A DNA stretch of 64,000 nucleotides from Eledone cirrhosa (Eukaryota). Below, in pieces: positions 41,734 to 52,480 of the stretch; position 1 is the stretch's first letter; every line of letters starts with the position of its first letter. The stretch covers positions 1,984,001 to 2,048,000 of the forward strand of contig OZ024761.1 of NCBI GenBank assembly GCA_964016885.1. Direction: 5' to 3'. Below the pieces are notes generated by a model, which was given only the letters and a program-made list of their open reading frames with translations, did not search any database and was not told the DNA's origin. The position numbers were made by a program, and so were the translations under genes.

Positions 41734-42779
41734 TATACACAGCTACACATTTGTGGGAAAAACACTCCGTTACACGCAACAGTGTTTAATTATTGTATTT
41801 TTATAGGAGTTTTTCCCTCAATGTTTTGTCAGTCGGAAACTTTTCTGCTGACCAAACATTTGATATAAGTTGTATGACTTTAGTCAATTGTTACGTATAA
41901 CTCTTTGCTTGTGTGTGTGAATAAGTGTATGTGTGTGCCCTCAATGGACACCATAACCACCACCACAACCATATTGACGACATACGGCGGTTCTTGGGCA
42001 TTTCGTACAGAGAAAGAGAGGAAAAGAATATTACAAAGAAAGAATCGACTCAGTAGTAAACTGGTACTTTTTTTTATCAACCTTGAAAGGGTGAAATATA
42101 ATGTTGACCTTGGTGGGATTTGAACTCAGAGAGCAGAGAGACGGAACGAAAGCACAAATCCTTATATCTGACCTTCTAACGACTGTGGATTGGTAGAATC
42201 AGTATAGCGTCGGACGCCATGCTTTGCAGCATAGAGTTACGGCTCTTTATGCTCTGAGTTCAAATCCCGCCAAGGTTAACTTTGTCTTTCATCCTTATGA
42301 GATCGATAAAATAAAGTTCCAGTAATGCACTGGAGTTGATTTAATCGATTTTCCACTCTCCCAACATTGCTGACCTTGGGCCTAAATCAGAAATCATATT
42401 TAATACTTTATATAAATACAAAATACTGTGTAACGATATATGACCCTTCCTCTCTATATCTTTTAATTTGAATCATTGATACTCTCGATAGACGTCCATT
42501 GAGCTTTTATACTGAGAAACATAACCATCATATATCATATAAGGGCGGTGGATTGGCAGTATCGGTAGAGGGTCAGACACCATGCCTTGACGCATAGAGT
42601 TACGGCCCTTACCATTCTGAGTTCGAATCCCGCCGAGGTTAACTTTACCTTTCATCCTTACGGAGGTCGATAAAATAAAGTACCAGTAATACACTGGAGT
42701 AATTGCTGGCCTTGTGCCAAAAGTAGAAAAAATTATTTTATGCTATATATTTATTTTTGTTGTCCTTTATTACAAATAG

Positions 42780-42942
42780 CTCCACCAAAAGAACAAATCG
42801 TGTCCGGATCTGCGGCCGGATTGTGTGAATTTCCCTCGATCGTCCACTTGCAAATATACAACCAACCAAGCAGGTACGCCTATGTTGGCTGTGGTGGTAC
42901 CCTCATTGATTCCACACATGTGCTCACAGCTGCTCACTGTCT
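42780..42942 (+). CDS. S1A serine protease gene B, exon 2 (propeptide, mature N-terminus, His57)
   Basis: aatag|...|gtaagt, 163 bp. Encodes (A)PPKEQ-IVSGSAAGLCEFPSIVHLQIYNQPSRYAYVGCGGTLIDSTHVLTAAHC. Confidence 0.95.
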
Positions 42943-42964
42943 GTAAGTAACCTTCTTCTTCACT

Positions 42965-45640
42965 CACTTATTCCTAAGAGGGTCGTGGAGGCAGAGTCCT
43001 CAAACACTCCTTCCAACAGGTCCTGTCAGAAGCAACTGTCTCTAACTGATCCCACTGGATCTTCAAGCGAGATCAGCCGAGCTCATGGATGTTATCCAAC
43101 CATCTTGCTCGGGGTCTACCCCAGGGTCTCTTGCCGGATGGTTTTTGCCCATAAAATCTGTCCAGTGATTCTTTCCTGAGACATTCTAACCACATGTCCA
43201 TAGTATCGGAGCTGTGATCTCTCAATTGAGAGAAGTAACAGCTCTACCTGGAGTGACTCTCTGATCTCCGAGCTACAAATCTCTCTAGTGATTCTTTCCT
43301 GAGACATTCTAACCACATGTCCATAGTATTGGAGCTGTGATCTCTCAATTGAGAGAAGTAACAGCTCTACCTGGAGTGACTCTCTCATCTCCGAGCTACA
43401 AATCTCTCTAGTGATTCTTTCCTGAGACATTCTAACCACATGTCCATAGTATTGGAGCTGTGATCTCTCAATTGAGAGAAGTAACAGCTCTACCTGGAGT
43501 GACTCTCTCATCTCCGAGCTACAAATCTCTCTAGTGATTCTTTCCTGAGACATTCTAACCACATGTCCATAGTATCGGAGCTGTGATCTCTCAATTGAGA
43601 GAAGTAACAGCTCTACCTGGAGTGACTCTCTGATCTCCGAGCTACAAATCTCTCTAGTGATTCTTTCCTGAGACATTCTAACCACATGTCCATAGTATTG
43701 GAGCTGTGATCTCTCAATTGAGAGAAGTAACAGCTCTACCTGGAGTGACTCTCTGATCTCCGAGCTACAAATCTCTCTAGTGATTCTTTCCTGAGACATT
43801 CTAACCACATGTCCGTAGTATCGGAGCTGTGATCTCTCAATTGAGAGAAGTAACAGCTCTACCTGGAGTGACTCTCTCATCTCCGAGCTACAAATCTCTC
43901 TAGTGATTCTTTCCTGAGACATTCTAACCACATGTCCATAGTATCGGAGCTGTGATCTCTCAATTGAGAGAAGTAACAGCTCTACCTGGAGTGACTCTCT
44001 CATCTCCGAGCTACAAATCTCTCTAGTGATTCTTTCCTGAGACATTCTAACCACATGTCCATAGTATTGGAGCTGTGATCTCTCAATTGATAGAAGTAAC
44101 AGCTCTACCTGGAGTGACTCTCTGATCTCCGAGCTACAAATCTCTCTAGTGATTCTTTCCTGAGACATTCTAACCACATGTCCATAGTATTGGAGCTGTG
44201 ATCTCTCAATTGAGAGAAGTAACAGCTCTACCTGGAGTGACTCTCTCGTCTCCGAGCTACAAATCTCTCTAGTGATTCTTTCCTGAGACATTCTAACCAC
44301 ATGTCCATAGTATTGGAGCTGTGATCTCTCAATTGAGAGAAGTAACAGCTCTACCTGGAGTGACTCTCTGATCTCCGAGCTACAAATCTCTCTAGTGATT
44401 CTTTCCTGAGACATTCTAACCACATGACCATAGTATTGGAGCTGTGATCTCTCAATTGAGAGAAGTAACAGCTCTACCTGGAGTGACTCTCTGATCTCCG
44501 AGCTACAAATCTCTCTAGTGATTCTTTCCTGAGACATTCTAACCACATGTCCATAGTATTGGAGCTGTGATCTCTCAATTGAGAGAAGTAACAGCTCTAC
44601 CTGGAGTGACTCTCTGATCTCCGAGCTACAAATCTCTCTAGTGATTCTTTCCTGAGACATTCTAACCACATGTCCATAGTATTGGAGCTGTGATCTCTCA
44701 ATTGAGAGAAGTAACAGCTCTACCTGGAGTGACTCTCTCGTCTCCGAGCTACAAATCTCTCTAGTGATTCTTTCCTGAGACATTCTAACCACATGTCCAT
44801 AGTATTGGAGCTGTGATCTCTCAATTGAGAGAAGTAACAGCTCTACCTGGAGTGACTCTCTGATCTCCGAGCTACAAATCTCTCTAGTGATTCTTTCCTG
44901 AGACATTCTAACCACATGTCCATAGTATTGGAGCTGTGATCTCTCAATTGAGAGAAGTAACAGCTCTACCTGGAGTGACTCTCTGATCTCCGAGCTACAA
45001 ATCTCTCTAGTGATTCTTTCCTGAGACATTCTAACCACATGTCCATAGTATTGGAGCTGTGATCTCTCAATTGAGAGAAGTAACAGCTCTACCTGGAGTG
45101 ACTCTCTCGTCTCCGAGCTACAAATCTCTCTAGTGGTTCTTTCCTGAGACATTCTAACCACATGTCCATAGTATTGGAGCTGTGATCTCTCAATTGAGAG
45201 AAGTAACAGCTCTACCTGGAGTGACTCTCTGATCTCCGAGCTACAAATCTCTCTAGTGATTCTTTCCTGAGACATTCTAACCACATGTCCATAGTATTGG
45301 AGCTGTGATCTCTCAATTGAGAGAAGTAACAGCTCTACCTGGAGTGACTCTCTCATCTCCGAGCTACAAATCTCTCTAGTGATTCTTTCCTGAGACATTC
45401 TAACCACATGTCCATAGTATTGGAGCTGTGATCTCTCAATTGAGAGAAGTAACAGCTCTACCTGGAGTGACTCTCTCATCTCCGAGCTACAAATCTCTCT
45501 AGTGATTCTTTCCTGAGACATTCTAACCACATGTCCATAGTATTGGAGCTGTGATCTCTCAATTGAGAGAAGTAACAGCTCTACCTGGAGTGACTCTCTC
45601 ATCTCCGAGGTATTCACTTTATCGATTAACGTTACTGTAG
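42965..45640 (-). mobile_element. RTE LINE 3' fragment with a 123-bp RT segment amplified about 20 times in tandem
   Basis: 41-aa repeat ...SIERSQLQYYGHVVRMSQERIT... resembles the RTE RT C-terminus. A non-amplified relative lies at 60194-60480. Confidence 0.9.
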
Positions 45641-45679
45641 TAATCAACATCTTAATAAAAATATTATTATTGTTAACCT

Positions 45680-46470
45680 ATTAATGTGGTGGCTTTGCAG
45701 AATCGGTAGAGCATCAGACATAATGCTTTGTAGTATAGAGTTACGACCTTTTACGTTAGCTTTGCATTTCATCTTTATGGGGTCGATAAAATAAAGTACC
45801 AGTACTTTAAATAAAGTACTGGGTCGATTTAAACGACCCCCTCCACCCGCCACAAAGAATTGTTGGCCTTGTGCTAAATCAGAAATCATTACGGGGTCGA
45901 TAAAATAAAGTAAGTCACGCACTGGGGTCGATTTAATCGACTTTCCCCCTCTTCCAAAATTGCTGGCCTTGTGCCTAAATCAGAAATCATTATCATGATT
46001 TCATGTTTTATACAAGGGCGGTGGATTGGCAGTATCGGTAGAGAGTCGGACGCCATGCTTTCCAGCATAGTTACGCCCCTTTACGGTCTGAGTTCAAATC
46101 CCGTCGAGGTTAACTTTGCCTTTCATCCTTACGGGGTCGATAAAATAAATTACCAGTAATGTACTGGGTAATTGCTGGCCCTGTGCCAAAAGTAGAAACA
46201 ATTATTTCATGTTTTATTATATTAATCTATATCGTTCTACTCTCGTCTTTATCCAGCTCCACATTGTAACCCCAATAGTTTTAATGTTTCCTCTCTTCCA
46301 TCTACAAGTCTGTGGCTCATAAACAATTTATTATCAATTTTCAGCCCTTTGTGTTCTGAATTCAATTTCACTGAGATCAACTTTCCCTTTCATTCTTCTG
46401 GGGTTGGTAAAATAAAGTACCAGCCATGTACTGGGATTAAAGTAATCGACTTTCAAATTTGCTGGCCTGG
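45680..46470 (+). mobile_element. Cluster of tRNA-derived SINE copies
   Basis: Most complete copy is about 46015-46205, with an A-box-like GGCGGTGGATTGGCAG, B-box GTTCAAATCC, core and tail. Confidence 0.75.
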
Positions 46471-46778
46471 AAAATGTGAGTGAAGAGGAAAGTGCTGCTT
46501 TCCAGCTAATTTGTTGAAAGATGGATGAAAGGAGTGAGAATGATCCGAGTGAACGGGGCCTGCCCTGAGTATAGGTCTGTAGAACAACAGGGAGGGGGTA
46601 CTTGTTCTTACTGTTAAAATAACGGGGGTTTTTTGTGGGCCTCCACCGCGAGTTACTAAAGTACCTCCACCACCACCACCACTATTACCACTACTACCAG
46701 CACCACCACTACCACTACCACCACCAACACCACTACTATCGCCACCACCATTAATACTGCTACTACTACTACTTGTAG

Positions 46779-46906
46779 GGATGGAGTTGTGAAGAAGGTC
46801 AAAATAAACATTGGTACCAACAAACTCAACAAAAGAGGGGATCAGTCAACAACAACAAAATCTTTTGTGAAACACTCAGGATACGTTTTGAGCGATTACA
46901 TCATCA
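46779..46906 (+). CDS. S1A serine protease gene B, exon 3
   Basis: ttgtag|...|gtaggt, 128 bp. Encodes DGVVKKVKINIGTNKLNKRGDQSTTTKSFVKHSGYVLSDYII. Phases fit both neighbouring exons. Confidence 0.88.
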
Positions 46907-46914
46907 GTAGGTAT

Positions 46915-46916
46915 TG

Positions 46917-46971
<55 letters not shown>

Positions 46972-47077
46972 CACTACTACCACCACTACTACTACCACTA
47001 CCACTAATACCACTACTACTACTACCACTACTACTACTACTACCACTACTACCACCACCACTACTACTACCACTACC

Positions 47078-47121
<44 letters not shown>

Positions 47122-47235
47122 CAACACCACCATCACTACTACCACTACTACTACCACCACTACCACCACCACCACTACCACTACCACCACTACTACTACT
47201 ACCACTACCACTACTACTACTACTACTATTATTAT
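46915..47235. repeat. (CTA/CCA)n trinucleotide tract
   Basis: Fills most of intron 3. A similar tract lies at 46665-46772. Confidence 0.95.
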
Positions 47236-47303
47236 TCTATTCAGTTATTGTCTCTTGCAATGTTGAAATTATTTTCCTCTTTTTTCAATTAATTCTTCAC
47301 CAG

Positions 47304-47438
47304 AGAATGATATCGCCATATTGAAATTGGCCAAACCTATTAAAGCCGACAAATGTGTCCAATTTGCTCCACTGGCTCAGGAAGGAGAAACGTTTGATTA
47401 TGCACGATGCCTCGCTGCTGGATGGGGAGATCTCGGAT
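47304..47438 (+). CDS. S1A serine protease gene B, exon 4 (Asp102)
   Basis: caccag|...|gtgagt, 135 bp. Encodes NDIAILKLAKPIKADKCVQFAPLAQEGETFDYARCLAAGWGDLG. Confidence 0.95.
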
Positions 47439-48231
47439 GTGAGTGACTTTTCTTTTCTATAAATATTGTTGTTCTCCCATCAGTTGTCGATGATGAACAT
47501 CACTGATTGGCTTCCATGTGTCTGTAGATATCTGACACTTAAGAAATGGCAACATGTAAAGCACATTTGGTCTGTCAAACGAGGTGACAGATGATCGAGC
47601 TTTGTGGAGCTCACGTTTCACATTGCTTTTTTTTAGAAAACTAGATGTAACTTGAGACACTCGTTGCATTTCACTTGGTGAATGTAAACATACTGACGGA
47701 AAAATATACTGTATCTGCTGCCATTCATTTTCTTGCACCTCTCTATATATTAAATAATTGTTTCTACTTTTGGCACAAGGCCAGCAATTACCCAGTGCAT
47801 TACTGGTACTTTATTTTATCGACCCCTTAAGGATGAAAGGCAAAGTCAACCTCGGCGGGATTTGAACTCAGATCGTAAAGGGACGTAACTATGCTATATA
47901 TTAAATAATGATGCTTACACTCTACTAATGTATTGTGTACCTTTTTAAATTGTGGTTATCCCCAACACCCGATTTTGCTCGGGATCTACACACACACATA
48001 TATAAAGGAAATCTCGGTTTTCTCCGAAGCACCCCCTCCCCCTCACCTACAGACCCTCCTTGGTTAATCCGAAAAATGTTTGGAATATTTAATTGCTAAG
48101 GTAACTTTCAGTCATCTCTCCTCTTCTTTTATCCCCTTCCATTGTACGGCTTTCGAAACACACATACCCACTTTTATATTCCACAATGTTCCAACTGAAT
48201 TATCACACCATATATATATATATATATATAT

Positions 48232-48645
48232 ACTAGCTGAGGTACCCAGCTTTGCCAAGGTTAACAAATGATAAGAGAAGACCGGCAGAAGAGAAAACGT
48301 CTGTATTGAATGTATTGTCGTGTTTACAGTGTGTGTGTGTTTGTGTATATATATGTGTGTGTGTGTGTGAGTGTTCGTGCGTGTGTGTGTGTGTGTGTGT
48401 GTGTGTCTGTGTGAGTGTTCGCGTGTGTGCGTGTGTGTAAACCACCGTTGGAATCAGAGATATAGGCCGCGAAACACGATCATCACTTTCTTCTTCTTTG
48501 GTATAAAATTAGTATCAATAAACTTTCCTGGATATACTCTTATCCCAATCCTGTACATACTTTCCGATTGTCACTTTCCGTTTTTTTTTGTGTGATACGC
48601 GAAGGAACCAACCAACAAACATCTCTCTTTTATATTATGTATAGG
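48232..48645 (-). mobile_element. Possible non-autonomous Helitron-like element
   Basis: CTAG terminus with a GC-rich subterminal imperfect hairpin at the left end, an internal (GT)n, and TTTTATATTATGTATAG at the right end. Confidence 0.35.
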
Positions 48646-49387
48646 TTACTATATCTCTTTTATTTGTTCATTCAAAATATTTTTCAGCTAATTCTGTCGT
48701 AAAATATACATTAGCAATCGCTATCTAATGTTTAAAACATGAATAGCTGCGATATAAGCACCATATCAATCAAAAACGATATGAATACCAAACTAAAGCG
48801 CCAGTAAACTTGTAAGAACCTGCAGATAGAAATGTTAATAAATACAACATTTGGCTTGGGTAAACTTTAAGATGTTCTTTCAATGTTGCTTTCTTTTCTA
48901 AGCCAATACGTTAAAGAAAATTGATAGTTACAACAATAAAGGTTGAACAGAGAACAAATTTTTTAACAAACTTTACAACCATAATGGAAATTCCATAACA
49001 AATTTGTACAACCATAATGGAAATTCCAAGTAACAGAAAATAATCAGAGTATACAATATTTTTTGTTCGGCCCTTGGGAGCAAAGATTGTTTGGCGAGTT
49101 CACCCTAGAGCATCCTACATACAATTGACCATGGTTTTCCCAGATGAAGGCCAGCCACTTTTAGGGTTTGACCCTGAGCTTTGTTGATGGTAATCGCGAA
49201 GCTTAGTCCCTCTGTTGCTCTAGTAACATTTTTTCTACTGTAAAATCTGATCTTGCGGCCAGGCTAGGACTTTTTGGGTGGCATATCGGTAGTAACACTG
49301 ACGATAAGCCGTCTGTGCTTTCGTGAAATAAATACGTTTGTTTATATTTTGTTTTTGTGTATACAAAAATATCTGTACACGAATATC

Positions 49388-49435
<48 letters not shown>

Positions 49436-49844
49436 TAACAGATTAAAGTTTAAGCAAAGAATCGCTGCTTTCACCCTTAACGGGATCTCTGAAATTAAAA
49501 AAATCAATCTGTGAACGCAGAAGTAAATATTTCGAAAAACGTTGCAACCGAAAGAAAACATGAAGATGATACTTTGGTTCGTGAAGACATGAGGAATGTC
49601 GTATAACCGGAAGTGTTGACATTTGAAAATTTTAAAGAAGTGAATATTTAAATAATGTCTTTAATCTTTTAACAAAATTCAGTAGACGAAATACCCTCAC
49701 TTTTTTACTTGGAAAAAAGTTACATCTATGGTACAAATTGGCGGAAAGTTTGTTACTTACATACGGCCGTCAGCTTTAGAGTATAGATATATATACACAC
49801 ACACATATATATATATTACATGTCCGAAACCTTTCTTATTCCAG

Positions 49845-49990
49845 GGCAACAAAACTCCCCAAATGATCTCCATAAAGTTGTTCTTCCAGCAATTTCATTT
49901 GATACATGCGTTAGGAACTCTGCAATGGTAATCTCCGAGGGCGTATTTTGTGCAGGTGACTTCAGGAGAGGCGGGGCCAGCACTTGTCAG
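49845..49990 (+). CDS. S1A serine protease gene B, exon 5
   Basis: ttccag|...|gtaata, 146 bp. Encodes (W)QQNSPNDLHKVVLPAISFDTCVRNSAMVISEGVFCAGDFRRGGASTCQ. Confidence 0.95.
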
Positions 49991-50436
49991 GTAATATCAC
50001 ACACATATATATACATATATGCATAGATATTCACACATACATATACAAGCATGCATGTACATACACAGCCATATATGTGCATCACACACATATACACAGA
50101 CATGCATGTACATGTTTGGGGTCGATGTAATAACATATTTCGAGGGGAGAAAACTCATATTTGCAGGCAATAAGGAAACGTTTGAGAAGGAACGTGTTTG
50201 GGAGCAAGAAAAATTGTGCGAGGAGGGGAGAAAAAAATGCATTCTGGGTTGAAAGTGATATAAAATCAGTGAGGGTTGTCACATGGCCACAGCCGTCACG
50301 TGGTACAAGTCCATTTCAATCACTTTGGGATCAGTTTAATTATTCAACCAATTCCTATTATTTTTTAAAAAAAGGCAAACAGTAACATATTTTACTTTTT
50401 TTCATATTTTAATTTTTTTTTCTTTAATAATTCCAG

Positions 50437-50589
50437 GGAGATTCAGGTGGACCGTTATACTGTCCCAGTAAAATAACTGGACAAATGGTGTTGGCTGGAG
50501 TGACATCTTTTGGTGACAACTGCGACAATGAAATCAGTGCCTTCAGTAGCGTCGCCTATTTCCGACAATGGATTACTAATAACCTCTAA
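50437..50589 (+). CDS. S1A serine protease gene B, exon 6 (Ser195 and stop)
   Basis: ttccag| then GDSGGPLYCPSKITGQMVLAGVTSFGDNCDNEISAFSSVAYFRQWITNNL*. Spliced CDS is 774 nt, 257 aa. Confidence 0.96.
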   Translation, partial: GDSGGPLYCPSKITGQMVLAGVTSFGDNCDNEISAFSSVAYFRQWITNNL

Positions 50590-50655
50590 ACTTTCTCAAA
50601 TCAATCATATTAAGGAAATCTTCCGGATTTTATTAAAAGACACAAAATATTGATT

Positions 50656-50661
50656 AATAAA
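50656..50661 (+). terminator. Polyadenylation signal of gene B
   Basis: AATAAA followed by GT/T-rich downstream sequence. Confidence 0.65.
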
Positions 50662-50788
50662 TAATGAAGTCTTGTTTTCGTTTATTTGTGTGTTTAGTTA
50701 TTTAAAATCTCTTTTGGGTATTTGTTGTACAAAAGGGAGAAAATGTGACTAACCTACCTCACGATATGTCTCACTGGTTGATCTTGTC

Positions 50789-51797
50789 CAGCAATGGGGT
50801 ATATCCATGTCAGGAGTACCCTACCAGCAGTGGGGTATATCTGTGTCAGGAGTACTCTACCAACAGTGGGGTATATCCGTGTCAGGAGTACTCTACCAGC
50901 AGTGGGGTATATCCATGTCAGGAGTACTCTACCAGTAGTGGGGTATATCCATGTCAGGAGTACCCTACCAGTAGTGGGGTATATCCATGTCAGGAGTACC
51001 CTACCAGCAGTGGGGTATATCCATGTCAGGAGTACTCTACCGGCAGTGGGGTATATCCATGTCAGGAGTACTCTACCGGCAGTGGGGTATATCCGTTTCA
51101 GGAGTACCCTACCAGCAGTGGGGTATATCCGTGTCAGGAGTATCCTACCAGCAGTGGGGTATATCCGTGTCAGGAGTACCCTACCAGCAATGGGGTATAT
51201 CCATGTCAGGAGTACCCTACCAGCAGTGGGGTATATCCATGTCAGGAGTACCCAACCAGAAGTGGGGTATATCCATGTCAGGAGTACTCTATCAGCAGTG
51301 GGATATATCCGTGTCAGGAATACTCTACCAGCAATGGGGTATATCCGTGTCAGGAATACTCTACCAGCAATGGGGTATATCCGTGTCAGGAATACTCTAC
51401 CAGCAATGGGGTATATCCGTGTCAGGAATACTCTACCAGCAATGGGGTATATCCGTGTCAGGAGTATCCTACCAGCAATGGGGTATATCCGTGTCAGGAG
51501 TATCCTACCAGCAATGGGGTATATCCGTGTCAGGAGTACTCTACCAGCAGTGGGATATATCCGTGTCAGGAATACTCTACCAGCAATGGGGTATATCCGT
51601 GTCAGGAGTATCCTACCAGCAATGGGGTATATCCGTGTCAGGAGTATCCTACCAGCAATGGGGTATATCCGTGTCAGGAGTACTCTACCAGCAATGGGGT
51701 ATATCCGTGTCAGGAGTACTCTACCAGCAATGGGGTATATCCGTGTCAGGAATACCCTACAGTCAGTGGGGTATATCCGTGTCAGGAGTATCCTAGC
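50789..51797. repeat. 36-bp minisatellite, about 28 copies
   Basis: Unit GGGGTATATCCGTGTCAGGAGTACTCTACCAGCAGT. Confidence 0.97.
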
Positions 51798-52480
51798 CAC
51801 CAAAACTCAGTGATCATAACATCAATGCAGGGAGCAGAAATGCGTGCTACTCACTAAACGACCAATAGTGAAAGAGGAACACATAACTCTTACGTCCCTT
51901 TACGTGACGTCATTCACGCTTCTGCTTCCAGCAACTCTATGGCGTCACTGACTCTTATACTTCCGACTCGACCCCACCCAGTGCCTCAGTATTTAAGCTA
52001 GGTTTAATACATGTTCGTTTTATTGTTGTTGTTTAGTCCCATCTATATAGAGTGGATTTTCTTTTACATACATATATATAGAGAAAAGTTCACATTTTTG
52101 TCTGTAGTTTTCTATCTTTCTCTCTTGGTGTTGACCTTAGCTGTGTCACCATTAATCACCACTACAGTCGAGGTCAACAGCTTAAACAGTACGATCTAAT
52201 TCTCTCTAATATATATATGTATGTAAAAACATTTTTTCCCACATATTCTTATTAATATGCAATTTAATTGCATTATACATAACCCCAACCCTAACCTCAT
52301 AAACACCACGTGGTAGATGACAATGTCATTGTCTTGTTGCAGCGGCAGCTGAGAGAAAACAATCGACAATTGACAATTGCGTTGGAGTGTCTTGCTCCTT
52401 TTCAAGATTATGTATTTTGCTTGTTGCTGCTACCTGCTGGAACTGCTGAGAATACATAGTGTCATCATCATCATCGTCGT

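Noticed and set aside
43116-45650. The 844-aa ORF as a host gene
   Set aside because: It consists entirely of a tandemly repeated RTE fragment, starts at a non-ATG codon, and is antisense within an intron.
46015-46105. tRNA gene
   Set aside because: The A/B-box-like head belongs to a multi-copy SINE and has no cloverleaf.
51895-52000. CRE palindrome TGACGTCA and TATA-like motif as a promoter
   Set aside because: No downstream exon or gene can be supported, and short motifs occur by chance.
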